A stretch of 64,000 nucleotides of DNA from an uncultured Candidatus Saccharibacteria bacterium (GTDB taxonomy: Bacteria; Patescibacteriota; Doudnabacteria; UBA920): contig CAZQMO010000002.1 in the NCBI GenBank assembly GCA_964594755.1, positions 9,889-73,888 of the forward strand, in the 5' to 3' direction. A program made the translations under genes and the position numbers. Under the pieces are notes generated by a model. It had not been told where the DNA came from. It ran no database searches and worked only from the letters and a program-made list of their open reading frames with translations. Shown here one piece after another: positions 54,644 to 64,000 of this stretch; positions within the stretch are counted from its first letter, which is position 1; the number at the start of each line of letters is the position of its first letter.

Positions 54644-57481
54644 GTGAAGATCTATAATTTCCAATCTAAATCAAACGGTGCTAGTCCGACCAAATCAGTA
54701 CCAAAAAGTCGCATCCAAAAATTACTCTCTAAAGGATTCCTAAAAAATCTGCCATGGCCTACAATTGGTACTTGGGCTTTTCGGATTGGAGCAGCTGGGG
54801 TGCTAGTGATTGCCTTTATGTTTATCTATTACAGTCGACACCTACCTGATCCTAACCGATTACTTGGTCGTGATGTACCAGAAAGTACCAAAATTTACGC
54901 CCGTGATGAATCTTTGATTTATGAGGTGCATGGGGAGATAAAGCGGACTTTAATTAATCTAGACCAGATTAGCCCAGATTTAATCAATGCGACACTAGCT
55001 GCGGAAGATAAAAACTTTTACCAGCATTCTGGTATTTCGGTAACAGGGTTAATGCGTGCCATTGTCGTGGACATTATCCATTTAGAAAAAAAGCAAGGCG
55101 GTAGTACAATCACACAGCAGTTTGTCAAAAATGCCATCTTAACCAGAGACAAATCATTTCTACGCAAGCTTAAAGAAATTATCATTGCCATAGAGTTGGA
55201 AGCACGCTTTAGTAAAGATGAGATCCTAAAAATGTATCTCAATGAAATTCCTTATGGACGCAATGCTTACGGAATTGAAGCTGCAAGTTTAACTTACTTC
55301 AATAAAAAAGCTAGTGAGTTAACACTAGCAGAAAGCACTTACCTGGCCGCGTTACCGCAAGCACCATCCTACTACAATCCTAGCGGTCCGAATTTCGATG
55401 ACCTCCAAGCACGCCAAAAATACATCTTGAACGAGATGGAAGATATTGGTTATATTACACCGGAACAAAAAGAAGCTGCTTTAAATGAACAAGTAGTTTT
55501 CCAAACCGTAAAAACAGCGATCGTAGCTCCTCACTTTGTACAATTTGTTGAAAACTACCTTGCGGAAAAATATGGCGAAACCACCCTTCAAGAAGGAGGA
55601 CTTAAGGTTTACACTACTCTCGACCCTAACCTACAAAAGTTAGCCGAAGAGGCGGTTACTGCAGGAGCAGCCAAAAACATCTCTGCTAATGGGTATAACG
55701 CTGCTCTAGTGGCTATGGACCCTAAAACTGGGCAAATCTTAGCTATGGTAGGGAGTAAAGATTACTTCGGTGAAAGTCAGCCGGAAGGTTGCATCCCTGG
55801 AAAAACCTGTCTCTTTGAGCCAAACGTGAATGTTGCTACTTCGCTACAGCAACCAGGGAGTAGTTTTAAACCATACGCTTACGTAACTGCTTTTGGTCCA
55901 GATTTTAAGTACGCACCGGCGACAATGTTGATGGATGTTGTCACTAATTTTGGTAACTATACTCCTCGTAATTTCAACCTGGCTGAAAACGGTCCTGTCT
56001 CCATGCGTAAAGCCTTAGCAGGCAGTTTAAATATTCCTGCTGTTAAAACCATCGCTCTTGTTGGTGAAGAAAATGTAACCCAAACCGCAAAAGATTTGGG
56101 CATCGATGCTCCTTTTCGAGATTGTGGTTTATCTTTAGTGCTTGGTGGTTGTGATGTGAAGCTGATCGACCACACGGCCGCATACGGAGTACTGGCAAAT
56201 GGTGGGAAGCGTGTAGAAAAGACAGCTATCCTAAAAGTAGTTAGCCAAGAAGGTGAGGTCTTAGAAGAGTATGATGAAAAAAGTTCGCAAGTAATCGACC
56301 CTCGGGCAGTGTATCAATTAGTAAATGTAATGAGTGATAACTCGGCTAGGGCTTGGGTTTTCGGTGGCAACTCACCGCTGCAATTAGGAAATCGTCCAGT
56401 GGCAGCTAAAACCGGTACGACTCAAGAATTTCGTGATGGCTGGACTCTAGGATTTACCCCATCACTGGTTACTGGTGTATGGGTAGGGAACAATAATAAC
56501 ACTCCGATGCGAAGAGATGCGGTGGTAACTGCTGGGCCCATTTGGAATCAATTCATGAAAAATGCCTTAGCCAACACTCCAATTGAGGAATTCCAACGCC
56601 CTGATGGAATAAAAAATGTTACTGTTGATGCTGTCTCGGGTTTACTACCAACTCAATACACTCCAGAGACTCGATCAGAAATTTTCGCTGACTATAATAC
56701 TCCAACTAAGTATGATGATGTTCATATCCCAGTAGAGATTGACTCACTAACCGGGTTGCCTGCTACTGACTCAACTCCAGCAAACCAACGCATCACAGAG
56801 GTGTATGTTGTTCTACACAGCGAAAGGCCCAATGTGGCTTCTTGGGAAGACCCGGTGATTGCCTGGGCCCTTGCTAATGGCTATAAGTATCCTCCAGGTA
56901 GCGGAATTGATAATCCCGACACTGGCATAAGTGATAAAATTACTTTCTTAACCCCAGGAAATAACTCTGCTATTACAAGACTCCCATTTAATCTCAGCAT
57001 TCAGGTTGATGGACAAGTTCGAAAAGTAGATTTCTTACTTGACGGGAGTATTGTTGAATCTGTGACTACAGAGTCTTCGAGCATACAAACATCAATAAAT
57101 AAAAACTTGTCCGACGGTACCCACACCCTGGCTGCTCGAGTGACGTTCACCAATGGTTCAACTGCAACTAATAGCATTAAAGTAAGATATGCCCTTGATG
57201 GGGACCTGATTATGAGTTCACCTAGTTCAGGGGATACTGTTATAAAAGGAGAGAATTTAGTTGCTGAAAGTAGCGAAGAATTTGATTCTGTAAATTTTTA
57301 CTACTCAACAGGTAATTCAGGCTCTGGTACCCTAATCAGTGAAGCTGAAAAAATCAAACAAGGGGACAGTTGGTTGTATACAGCAGCCTGGTCAAATCTC
57401 CCTTCTTCCGGTAACTATCGAGTGTTTGCAAGAAGTACTAGTGGCGAAACCACCTCCCGCATCCAAGTCGTAGTTGAATAA
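54644..57481 (+). CDS. Class A penicillin-binding protein (bifunctional transglycosylase/transpeptidase, PBP1A-type) with a C-terminal extension
   Basis: GT51 motifs (EDKNFYQH, GGSTITQQFVKN, RKLKEIIIAIE), transpeptidase motifs (SSFKP, KTGTT), and a GTG start. Confidence 0.9.
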   Translation: MKIYNFQSKSNGASPTKSVPKSRIQKLLSKGFLKNLPWPTIGTWAFRIGAAGVLVIAFMFIYYSRHLPDPNRLLGRDVPESTKIYARDESLIYEVHGEIKRTLINLDQISPDLINATLAAEDKNFYQHSGISVTGLMRAIVVDIIHLEKKQGGSTITQQFVKNAILTRDKSFLRKLKEIIIAIELEARFSKDEILKMYLNEIPYGRNAYGIEAASLTYFNKKASELTLAESTYLAALPQAPSYYNPSGPNFDDLQARQKYILNEMEDIGYITPEQKEAALNEQVVFQTVKTAIVAPHFVQFVENYLAEKYGETTLQEGGLKVYTTLDPNLQKLAEEAVTAGAAKNISANGYNAALVAMDPKTGQILAMVGSKDYFGESQPEGCIPGKTCLFEPNVNVATSLQQPGSSFKPYAYVTAFGPDFKYAPATMLMDVVTNFGNYTPRNFNLAENGPVSMRKALAGSLNIPAVKTIALVGEENVTQTAKDLGIDAPFRDCGLSLVLGGCDVKLIDHTAAYGVLANGGKRVEKTAILKVVSQEGEVLEEYDEKSSQVIDPRAVYQLVNVMSDNSARAWVFGGNSPLQLGNRPVAAKTGTTQEFRDGWTLGFTPSLVTGVWVGNNNNTPMRRDAVVTAGPIWNQFMKNALANTPIEEFQRPDGIKNVTVDAVSGLLPTQYTPETRSEIFADYNTPTKYDDVHIPVEIDSLTGLPATDSTPANQRITEVYVVLHSERPNVASWEDPVIAWALANGYKYPPGSGIDNPDTGISDKITFLTPGNNSAITRLPFNLSIQVDGQVRKVDFLLDGSIVESVTTESSSIQTSINKNLSDGTHTLAARVTFTNGSTATNSIKVRYALDGDLIMSSPSSGDTVIKGENLVAESSEEFDSVNFYYSTGNSGSGTLISEAEKIKQGDSWLYTAAWSNLPSSGNYRVFARSTSGETTSRIQVVVE

Positions 57482-57482
57482 T

Positions 57483-57507
57483 AAAAAACCCCGATCAGGG
57501 GTTTTTT
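57483..57507. terminator. Bidirectional terminator
   Basis: aaaaaaccccgatcaggggtttttt. Confidence 0.75.
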
Positions 57508-57645
57508 ATTATTTAGTTACTCTCCCAAACAAGAAACTAGACCTAAAGTGTCGACAAAAAAAGCTTAGGTGGCGGAAACTGCCGGGTGATTTTGGTTGGT
57601 ATTCTCTGAATAACCCAGATTGTTAAACCTATCAGTCGCCAATAT

Positions 57646-58116
57646 TTAAATCTTCATAACTATTTTTCTGTTGGGTTCCTCGCCTTCACTTGAGGTTGTA
57701 ATGTGGGGGAATTGTTCCTGAATGTAGGAGTGAACAAATTTACGCTCGTATCTACTCATTGCGGGTAATCTGATTAGTTCATTTGAATACTTTAGCTTTT
57801 GCACTGCGTCTTTAACTTGTTGTTTTAAAAGAAACTCTCTTTGGGAGCGATAGTTATCAATATCAATGGTAAAATGAACCGGCTCTGAGCTACTACTAAA
57901 ATGCCGGTTTACTATAGCAAACACAATGGTTTGCAGTGCTTGCAAATTAGCTCCTTGTTTACCAATAAGTAGCTTAGGTGAGTCAGTTGAAATGTTGAAC
58001 ACTAAGCCTTTGGAAATGCTCTGCTCATATTGAACTCGTGCTTTAAACCCAGCTGTTGTTAGAAGCTTGGTAATAACCTCCTGAATATATTCAATTGCTT
58101 GATAATCAGTTTCCAT
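57646..58116 (-). CDS. jag: RNA-binding protein Jag/KhpB (KH plus R3H domains)
   Basis: KH-like segment GKQGANLQALQ, a C-terminal R3H segment (ELIRLPAMSRYERKFVH), and its position after yidC. Confidence 0.8.
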   Translation of the reverse strand: METDYQAIEYIQEVITKLLTTAGFKARVQYEQSISKGLVFNISTDSPKLLIGKQGANLQALQTIVFAIVNRHFSSSSEPVHFTIDIDNYRSQREFLLKQQVKDAVQKLKYSNELIRLPAMSRYERKFVHSYIQEQFPHITTSSEGEEPNRKIVMKI

Positions 58117-58849
58117 GTTCTATCGATTCTAAAGCTTCTTTGGGTTTATAGGTTTTTTGGATATAAAATTGTTGACCAACTGCGAATAAGGTAGTCACAA
58201 TCCAATATAAAGGTAGTCCGGCAGGTAAGGTCCACGCAATTACCACAGAAATAATTGGTAAGATATAAGTCATCTGCAAGTTCATCATTTTGGTAGTAGC
58301 ATCATTATTACTATTATTACCCTGCCATTTAATAATCATGTGAGATTGCCAATATTGCGCTAGGCCGGCCAAGATAGCAAAAATAAAGTTTGGCTCAGAA
58401 AGATTGATCATTCCTAAGAAATTTGGATCGATTGTTCCTGGGTTAGGTACAAAACTATACAAACCCTCTAAACTATTTCCTAATGCTTTCCGAAATACAT
58501 GGAAAAGCGCTAGTAAAATTGGGAGTTGTAGCAACACCGGCAAACAAGAAGACAAGGGGTTTACGTTATGCTCTTTATACAAATCAAGCATTGCTTTAGC
58601 CTGAGCCTCACGATCATCCTTATACTTTTCGCGGAGTTCATTCATTTTTGGCTGAAGTGCACTCAAAGCTCTTTGACCTTTAAGTGATTTGTTCATTAAA
58701 GGTGCTAAAATTATTCGGATAATAATTGTTACCACAATAATGACTAACCCAATATCTGGAATTGGGGAAATATCATACAACCAAACCAAAAGGTTTAAGA
58801 TTGGTCGGTAAATTGCTTCATTGTATGCTGAGAAAATAAAATCAAACAT
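58106..58849 (-). CDS. yidC: Membrane protein insertase YidC (short form)
   Basis: YidC/Oxa1 core helices, 247 aa, in the rnpA–yidD–yidC–jag operon context. Confidence 0.9.
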   Translation of the reverse strand: MFDFIFSAYNEAIYRPILNLLVWLYDISPIPDIGLVIIVVTIIIRIILAPLMNKSLKGQRALSALQPKMNELREKYKDDREAQAKAMLDLYKEHNVNPLSSCLPVLLQLPILLALFHVFRKALGNSLEGLYSFVPNPGTIDPNFLGMINLSEPNFIFAILAGLAQYWQSHMIIKWQGNNSNNDATTKMMNLQMTYILPIISVVIAWTLPAGLPLYWIVTTLFAVGQQFYIQKTYKPKEALESIEHGN

Positions 58850-58852
58850 AAT

Positions 58853-59083
58853 TTAAGGTTTATCTATTTGTGGCTGCACAAAAGGATTGCATTTAATAAT
58901 TCTTTTTAATGAGAGGATGGAACCCTTTAGGATTCCATGATTTCTGAGCGATTGAATAGCATACTCACTACAGGTAGGGTAGAAACGGCAAAATCCATAG
59001 GGATAACGGTATTTTAACCAACTGTGATCAGGGGATAAAGTTTTTTGATAAAGCTTTATTAAGTTTATCAGAAGGAATTTCAT
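58853..59083 (-). CDS. yidD: Membrane protein insertion efficiency factor YidD
   Basis: YPYGFCRFYPTCSEYA signature. Confidence 0.9.
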   Translation of the reverse strand: MKFLLINLIKLYQKTLSPDHSWLKYRYPYGFCRFYPTCSEYAIQSLRNHGILKGSILSLKRIIKCNPFVQPQIDKP

Positions 59084-59421
59084 AATAAAATCTTACTTTT
59101 TATTAGAGAAGTTTTTACTTCTGCGCTCAAATCTTTGCTTGTAACTAAAATCGCTGATCGCTTTACTATTATGGCATATTTGCCGGGTTTCATCTTGTCT
59201 AAGTAATGTCTCACTGCTTCTCGAATTACTCTCTTTATACGATTTCTTACTACTGCACTTTTTGAAATCTTGTTTGATACTACTACGGTAAATTTAGCTT
59301 TCTCTGCCTTTGGGTCAATAATGGTCTTCAAAATAAAAGAACTACTAAAAAAACCCCGCCCCCGTGCTGTGGTTGAAACAACTTCAGCTTGTTTAGAGAG
59401 ACGGTGTTTTTTTGGAATCAT
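59080..59421 (-). CDS. rnpA: Ribonuclease P protein component
   Basis: Basic RnpA motifs (KRLSKQAEV…RNRIKRVIREAVR); overlaps the yidD start. Confidence 0.9.
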   Translation of the reverse strand: MIPKKHRLSKQAEVVSTTARGRGFFSSSFILKTIIDPKAEKAKFTVVVSNKISKSAVVRNRIKRVIREAVRHYLDKMKPGKYAIIVKRSAILVTSKDLSAEVKTSLIKSKILL

Positions 59422-59433
59422 AATCTAAATTGT

Positions 59434-59568
59434 TTAAACAGTTAGTTTTTTGCGGCCTTTTTGGCGGCGGCGAGCTAGAGTAGCGCGCCCTGTCCTGGTT
59501 TGCATCTTTTTACGAAATCCGTGGACTCTGGCTCTTTTCTTAGTTTTTGGCTGATAAGTTCTTTTCAT
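59434..59568 (-). CDS. rpmH: 50S ribosomal protein L34
   Basis: By-eye translation gives [44 protein letters not shown]. The ORF is only 44 aa, so it is not in the track. Confidence 0.9.
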   Translation of the reverse strand: MKRTYQPKTKKRARVHGFRKKMQTRTGRATLARRRQKGRKKLTV

Positions 59569-59803
59569 ATAGATTCAATATTTCTGATTACCATGGAATT
59601 ATAGGGAAATTTTTTAAATAAGTCAATGACATGGCTTGTTAAAATTATCTGTGATAAAACTTATTCATAAACCACAGGTTGTCCACAAGATATACACAAC
59701 AGTTGATAAATTTGGCTTATTTAAGGTTATTTTATATTAGTTTTACATGTTGATAAAGTGGTTGGTAGAATAGAACTATTGTATTTTAACTTTTCGCTAA
59801 TCT
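59569..59803. promoter_or_regulatory. Candidate oriC part 1 (rpmH–dnaA intergenic region): AT-rich with DnaA-box-like 9-mers
   Basis: ttgtccaca, tgtgataaa (complement of tttatcaca), ttgataaat and ttgataaag, set in AT-rich sequence. Confidence 0.55.
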
Positions 59804-61168
59804 ATGGATAATCAAAAATTATGGCAGGCCATGCTTGGATCTTTGGAGATTAATCTAAGTAAGGGTAATTTTATTACCTGGTTTAAAAATACGGGGATTA
59901 TCGAAAAAAATAATGATTATATTGTCGTTGGTGTGCCAAGCAATTTTGCCCACGAATGGATCAAAAATAAATTTCATAACCACCTCTTAAAGTCTTTAAA
60001 AACTATTGCTCCCGAAGTTAGAGAAATTAAATACCATATTGGCAGCCTAAAGACTGCTGCTGAAAAGCAAGGCTCCCTACTTCAGGAATCAGAAACTAAT
60101 GAAAAAAATACGGTTGTATATAAAACCGTTGGTACCAACCCTAGCAACTCTCTAAACAAGCAATACACATTTGAGACTTTTATTATTGGACAAAACAATG
60201 AATTAGCTCATGCCGCCAGTATTGCTGTAAGTAAAAATCCTGGAGCACAATATAATCCATTGTTTATCTATGGTGGTGTTGGTCTTGGAAAAACCCATTT
60301 AATCCATGCTGTGGGTAATAAGTTGCTAGCAAATAACCCCAGAGCGCGAGTATTGTATGCCACTAGTGAAAAATTCACTAATGATTTCATTAACGCTATC
60401 CAACAGAAAAAGTTGGATGATTTTAAAAAACAATACCGTCAAGTTGATATGCTACTCATTGATGATGTTCAATTTATTGCCGGTAAAGAACAAACCCAAG
60501 AAGAATTTTTTCACACCTTCAACGAGTTAAGAGATAAGGGTAAACAAATAATTCTAACTTCTGACCGATTACCAAAAGATATTCCTGCGATTGAACAAAG
60601 ATTAATATCGAGGTTTGAGTGGGGAATGATTGCTGATGTCGGAGCTCCTAGTTTAGAAACCAGAATTGCTATTCTAAAAACTAAGTTAGCAAAAATGGGT
60701 TCTAATTTTGATGATGAAATTATTAATTATATCGCTGAAAATGTCGTTAATAATATCAGAGAATTAGAAGGTGCTCTAAATAAGATTGTAGTATTCCAAG
60801 ATATGGGTAGAGAACCTTTAACTTTAGTAAAAGTTCAGGAATTATTGCAAAGTATCACAAATAATAATAAACGAAAGAATGTCTCTATTAAAAAAATTGC
60901 TGAAAATGTAGCAGGTTTCTATAGTGTGACTTTAGACGATTTAATTAAACAGTCTCGAAAGAAAGAATATGTAAAACCGCGTCAGGCTGCCATGTATCTT
61001 GTTAGAAAAGAGTTAAATAGTTCTTTCCCTACAATTGGTGAATTTTTTGGGGGTAGAGACCATACAACAGTTATGCATGGAGTAGAGAAAGTTGAGAGAG
61101 CTGTAAATTCTGAAGATCAAATTAAGAAAGAATTAGAGTTAATTATTGAGCGAATCTATAACACTTAA
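59804..61168 (+). CDS. dnaA: Chromosomal replication initiator protein DnaA
   Basis: AAA+ motif (GGVGLGKTHLIHAVG) and the DnaA box-binding domain IV (…GGRDHTTVMHGVEKVE). Confidence 0.97.
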   Translation: MDNQKLWQAMLGSLEINLSKGNFITWFKNTGIIEKNNDYIVVGVPSNFAHEWIKNKFHNHLLKSLKTIAPEVREIKYHIGSLKTAAEKQGSLLQESETNEKNTVVYKTVGTNPSNSLNKQYTFETFIIGQNNELAHAASIAVSKNPGAQYNPLFIYGGVGLGKTHLIHAVGNKLLANNPRARVLYATSEKFTNDFINAIQQKKLDDFKKQYRQVDMLLIDDVQFIAGKEQTQEEFFHTFNELRDKGKQIILTSDRLPKDIPAIEQRLISRFEWGMIADVGAPSLETRIAILKTKLAKMGSNFDDEIINYIAENVVNNIRELEGALNKIVVFQDMGREPLTLVKVQELLQSITNNNKRKNVSIKKIAENVAGFYSVTLDDLIKQSRKKEYVKPRQAAMYLVRKELNSSFPTIGEFFGGRDHTTVMHGVEKVERAVNSEDQIKKELELIIERIYNT

Positions 61169-61376
61169 CATGTTTATAAACTTGTTGATATAGTTGGGAT
61201 AAGATTGGGATAAAAATTTATATAAAATATTTATCAACAAATCTTACGGACTTATCCAAATTTTTATCAAGAAGTTATTAACACCGCTCTTACAGAATTA
61301 TTAAATGAAATCAGTTGGTTTAGTCACTTACCAACAAATCCACACCCCTTACTACAACTACTAAGTATTTAAATAT
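61169..61376. promoter_or_regulatory. Candidate oriC part 2 (dnaA–dnaN intergenic region): AT-rich with several DnaA-box-like sequences
   Basis: ttatccaaa, gggataaga and gggataaaa (complements of TTATCC cores), aatccacac, and tttatcaac. Confidence 0.6.
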
Positions 61377-62471
61377 ATGAAAATAATAATAACTCAGGAA
61401 AATCTCAAGGCGGGCTTACAGATAGTAAGTAGGGTGGTTGGAAATAGTTCAACCTTACCGATCTTAAACAACGTAATGCTAGAAACAGAAAATGGATTGT
61501 TAAAAATTTCTGGCACTAATTTAGAAACCGGCATCAGTACTTTTGTTCGTTGTAGTGTCGAGAAGGAAGGTGGGATCTGTGTAGGTGTAAAAACAATTAC
61601 AGACTTAATCAATAGCTTACCAAGCACCAATATTACTTTGGAAAGTAATGATACAGAAACTCAATTAACCACTGAGCATTCCAAACTTTCCATTAAACAT
61701 TTACCTACTGATGATTTTCCACTAATCCCTAAGATAGATGATGGTTCAAAAATAAAAATGTCTTCAGAAGAGTTAAAGAACTCTCTTGATCAAGTAATGT
61801 TTGCAGCAAGTTCAAGTGAAACCCAGCCAGAAATCTCAGGAATTCTATTCTGGTTTGCCGAAGAAAAGGTTTTAATAACTGCTACAGACCGATACCGATT
61901 AGCAGAAAAAGGTATGACTTATCAAGGAAAGATTGATTACAAGATAATTATTCCCCACCGCAGTGCTGCAGAGATTTCTAGATTACTTACCGGTCTAAGC
62001 CAAGATGTTGACCTCAGTGTTACAGGTACCCAAATGTCCCTTTCCCTAGAAAATACTTACTTAGTAACTCGGTTAATTGATGGGCAGTATCCAGATTATC
62101 AACAGATAATCCCAGACAGTTCTAATACACAAGTAATTATTGATAGGCAGGAATTATTATCAGCCTTAAAAACCACCAGTGTATTTTCCAGGGGAAGTGG
62201 GAGTATTAACTTGGAATATGATGTTGAATCTAGTATGGTTAAATTATCCTCTGAGGCCCATGATTTAGGGCAAGGGGCTGTAGAAATTCTTTGTAAGATT
62301 ACCGGTGACTCAGGAAAACTTATTATTAATTATCGGTACCTTTTAGACTTCCTTACTAATCTTAGTCACGACACTATCGTAATGAAAATTATCGACAGTA
62401 GTGGTCCAGTAACTTTTGTACCAGAATCAACCGATAAGTATTTATATTTAGTGATGCCAATTAAACAGTAA
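61377..62471 (+). CDS. dnaN: DNA polymerase III subunit beta (sliding clamp)
   Basis: Three-domain clamp in the conserved position after dnaA; the N-terminal helix alone would not support the call. Confidence 0.95.
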   Translation: MKIIITQENLKAGLQIVSRVVGNSSTLPILNNVMLETENGLLKISGTNLETGISTFVRCSVEKEGGICVGVKTITDLINSLPSTNITLESNDTETQLTTEHSKLSIKHLPTDDFPLIPKIDDGSKIKMSSEELKNSLDQVMFAASSSETQPEISGILFWFAEEKVLITATDRYRLAEKGMTYQGKIDYKIIIPHRSAAEISRLLTGLSQDVDLSVTGTQMSLSLENTYLVTRLIDGQYPDYQQIIPDSSNTQVIIDRQELLSALKTTSVFSRGSGSINLEYDVESSMVKLSSEAHDLGQGAVEILCKITGDSGKLIINYRYLLDFLTNLSHDTIVMKIIDSSGPVTFVPESTDKYLYLVMPIKQ

Positions 62472-62473
62472 TT

Positions 62474-63574
62474 ATGTATATAAAAAGAATTATCCTAAAA
62501 AATTTTAGAAACTACCCAGATTTAGATCTAAACATTACCAGTGAAATGGTGGTTTTATCTGGTCCAAACGCAGTAGGGAAAACTAATCTTCTAGAAGCAA
62601 TTTATTTTGGCTCATTATTTAAGTCTTTTCGTGATGACGCAGATTTTATTTTCTTAAAAAGCACAAACGATTCTCAAGTAAAGATTGAGGTAGAACAAGG
62701 TAATGAAACACATTTATTAGAAATATTTTTAGAACGCCGCGATAGAATTTTTGCTAATTTTAAAATTGATGGTGTGAAGAAGAAGCGGAAAGATGCGCAA
62801 GGGTTTCTCAAAGTAGTGATCTTTGAACCAACAGATGTTGAATTATTCACTAAAGCACCAGAAGCCCGTCGAAAATACTTTAATATGGTCTTGTCTCAGA
62901 AATCGACTGATTACCTTGAGCTGTTAATGAACTACAAGAAGACTATGACTCAGAAGAATAAGTTGCTCTCAGAGCTGAAACAAGGCCGTGGAGATGTTTC
63001 AGAGCTTGATGTTTGGAATGAACAATTAGTAAATTATGGCTCAGATATTATTTGGTATCGTAAGCAATATGTTAATTTTTTAAACCAAAATCTTTCTGAA
63101 GTATATACAGGGATTTCTAAATTTCACCGCACCGTAGAGTTGGTCTATGAAACTTTAACAGGGGAGTCAGTGGAAGATATTAACCGTTCTTTCCGCCAAG
63201 AATTAGAAAAGAATCGAGCGCGCGAACTAGCTTCAGGACTCAGTCTTGTAGGCCCTCACCGTGATGACTTCTTTTTACAGAGCGAAGGATTATTTTTGGT
63301 TTCCTTCTCATCTCGTGGAGAACAACGTAGTCAGATACTTGCTATGAAAATTTTGGAACTTGAGTATCTAACCAAAGATGGTGATTCACCGATTTTATTG
63401 CTCGATGATGTATTAAGTGAGTTGGATGATACCCGTAGAACTTTCTTACTAAAATATTTACAAGGTAAGTTTCAAACTTTTATCACAACCACACATCCAT
63501 TAGAAATGGTTGGACAACATGTTACTCTAAGCCCGGCGAATACAGAGTTAGAAGCAGAAGAGATAGAGCAATAA
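62474..63574 (+). CDS. recF: DNA replication and repair protein RecF
   Basis: Walker A (GPNAVGKTNLLEAI), signature LSGGEQRSQ-like segment (SSRGEQRS), and a D-loop LLLDDVLSELD. Confidence 0.93.
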   Translation: MYIKRIILKNFRNYPDLDLNITSEMVVLSGPNAVGKTNLLEAIYFGSLFKSFRDDADFIFLKSTNDSQVKIEVEQGNETHLLEIFLERRDRIFANFKIDGVKKKRKDAQGFLKVVIFEPTDVELFTKAPEARRKYFNMVLSQKSTDYLELLMNYKKTMTQKNKLLSELKQGRGDVSELDVWNEQLVNYGSDIIWYRKQYVNFLNQNLSEVYTGISKFHRTVELVYETLTGESVEDINRSFRQELEKNRARELASGLSLVGPHRDDFFLQSEGLFLVSFSSRGEQRSQILAMKILELEYLTKDGDSPILLLDDVLSELDDTRRTFLLKYLQGKFQTFITTTHPLEMVGQHVTLSPANTELEAEEIEQ

Positions 63575-63602
63575 AAAATCCCCGCCACGCGCGGGATTTT
63601 TT
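63574..63602. terminator. Bidirectional terminator hairpin
   Basis: aaaaaatccccgc-cacg-cgcgggatttttt. Confidence 0.65.
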
Positions 63603-63605
63603 AAT

Positions 63606-64000
63606 TTATAGAAACTTTTTAAGTTTTTTATCCTGCTCCAAAATCTTAATCAAGTCCTTTAACTGTTCAGTATTATCTTTATTGGCGACAAGTAAGGCCT
63701 CTGGGGTATTAATGATTACTAGATTTTCTACATGCAGGGTGGTTACAATTTGTTTTGGGTTATAATTGTAGACTAAACTCCCAGTCGTGTCATAGACTAC
63801 AGTGTTTCCTAAAGATAGATTCTCTTCGGATTTAGATTGAATATCTTTAATCACGGCCCAGCGTCCCACATCAGCCCAACCAAACTCTGCAGACATTACC
63901 ATAAGCTCTTTGGGGTGCTTTCTAAAAATGTCTTCAAAATCAAAACTTTCCAACTTAGTATAATATTTTTTGATTATTTTTGACTGCTTCGCTGTGCCTA
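63606..64000 (-). CDS. C-terminal portion of a sugar-phosphate nucleotidyltransferase/cupin-like protein (mannose-1-phosphate guanylyltransferase-like); 5'-partial, with the N-terminus beyond the window end
   Basis: The track's 'M' at 63953 is a TTG. The frame stays open upstream to the window edge. Confidence 0.4.
   Translation of the reverse strand, partial: GTAKQSKIIKKYYTKLESFDFEDIFRKHPKELMVMSAEFGWADVGRWAVIKDIQSKSEENLSLGNTVVYDTTGSLVYNYNPKQIVTTLHVENLVIINTPEALLVANKDNTEQLKDLIKILEQDKKLKKFL

Noticed and set aside
57560-57600. aggtggcggaaactgccgggtga, which resembles the tRNA-Leu 5' and D-arm region
   Set aside because: Only about 14 nt match. No T-arm or acceptor partner follows, so it is probably chance or a very decayed fragment.

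Overview
This 64-kb window looks like the replication-origin region of a small, low-GC, gene-dense bacterial chromosome. The gene content is consistent with a CPR/Patescibacteria-like organism (for example Saccharibacteria-like), but this is inferred from content only.

The backbone is housekeeping genes: rpsP, smc, rnc, ftsH, galU, comM/yifB, lspA, recA, rodZ-like, ftsK, rnhB, rlmH, infB–rbfA–nrnA, rpsA, gyrA, rsmI, yebC–ruvC, tyrS, a class A PBP, and the classic rpmH–rnpA–yidD–yidC–jag | dnaA–dnaN–recF arrangement. AT-rich regions carrying DnaA-box-like sequences flank dnaA.

I identify 13 tRNA genes by eye. The non-housekeeping content is:
- A tandem array of seven divergent paralogous genes (11991–15966, minus strand). 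Each encodes a signal peptide, a variable ectodomain and a conserved C-terminal two-helix domain that resembles TrbC/VirB2-type (T4SS-like) pilins.
- A secreted matrixin-like zinc metalloprotease flanked by two paralogous membrane-anchored proteins, with a large secreted protein alongside (1–3977).
- A recurrent pattern in which tRNA genes (Ser, Ala, Leu-GAG, Leu-TAA) are followed 175–250 nt downstream by an imperfect copy of their own 3' end. Two of the intervening segments share a ~110-nt core with compensatory base changes, and a diverged third copy of that core lies in a promoter-driven leader in front of tRNA-Ile.
- A second family of about 55-nt imperfect-palindrome hairpins around tRNA genes.
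- A tRNA-Ile with anticodon UAU enclosed by a perfect 13-bp inverted repeat.
- A DnaQ-like exonuclease fused to an ATPase-motif-less domain.
- Several unassigned structured noncoding regions.

No CRISPR array, rRNA gene or recognisable transposase/integrase was seen.
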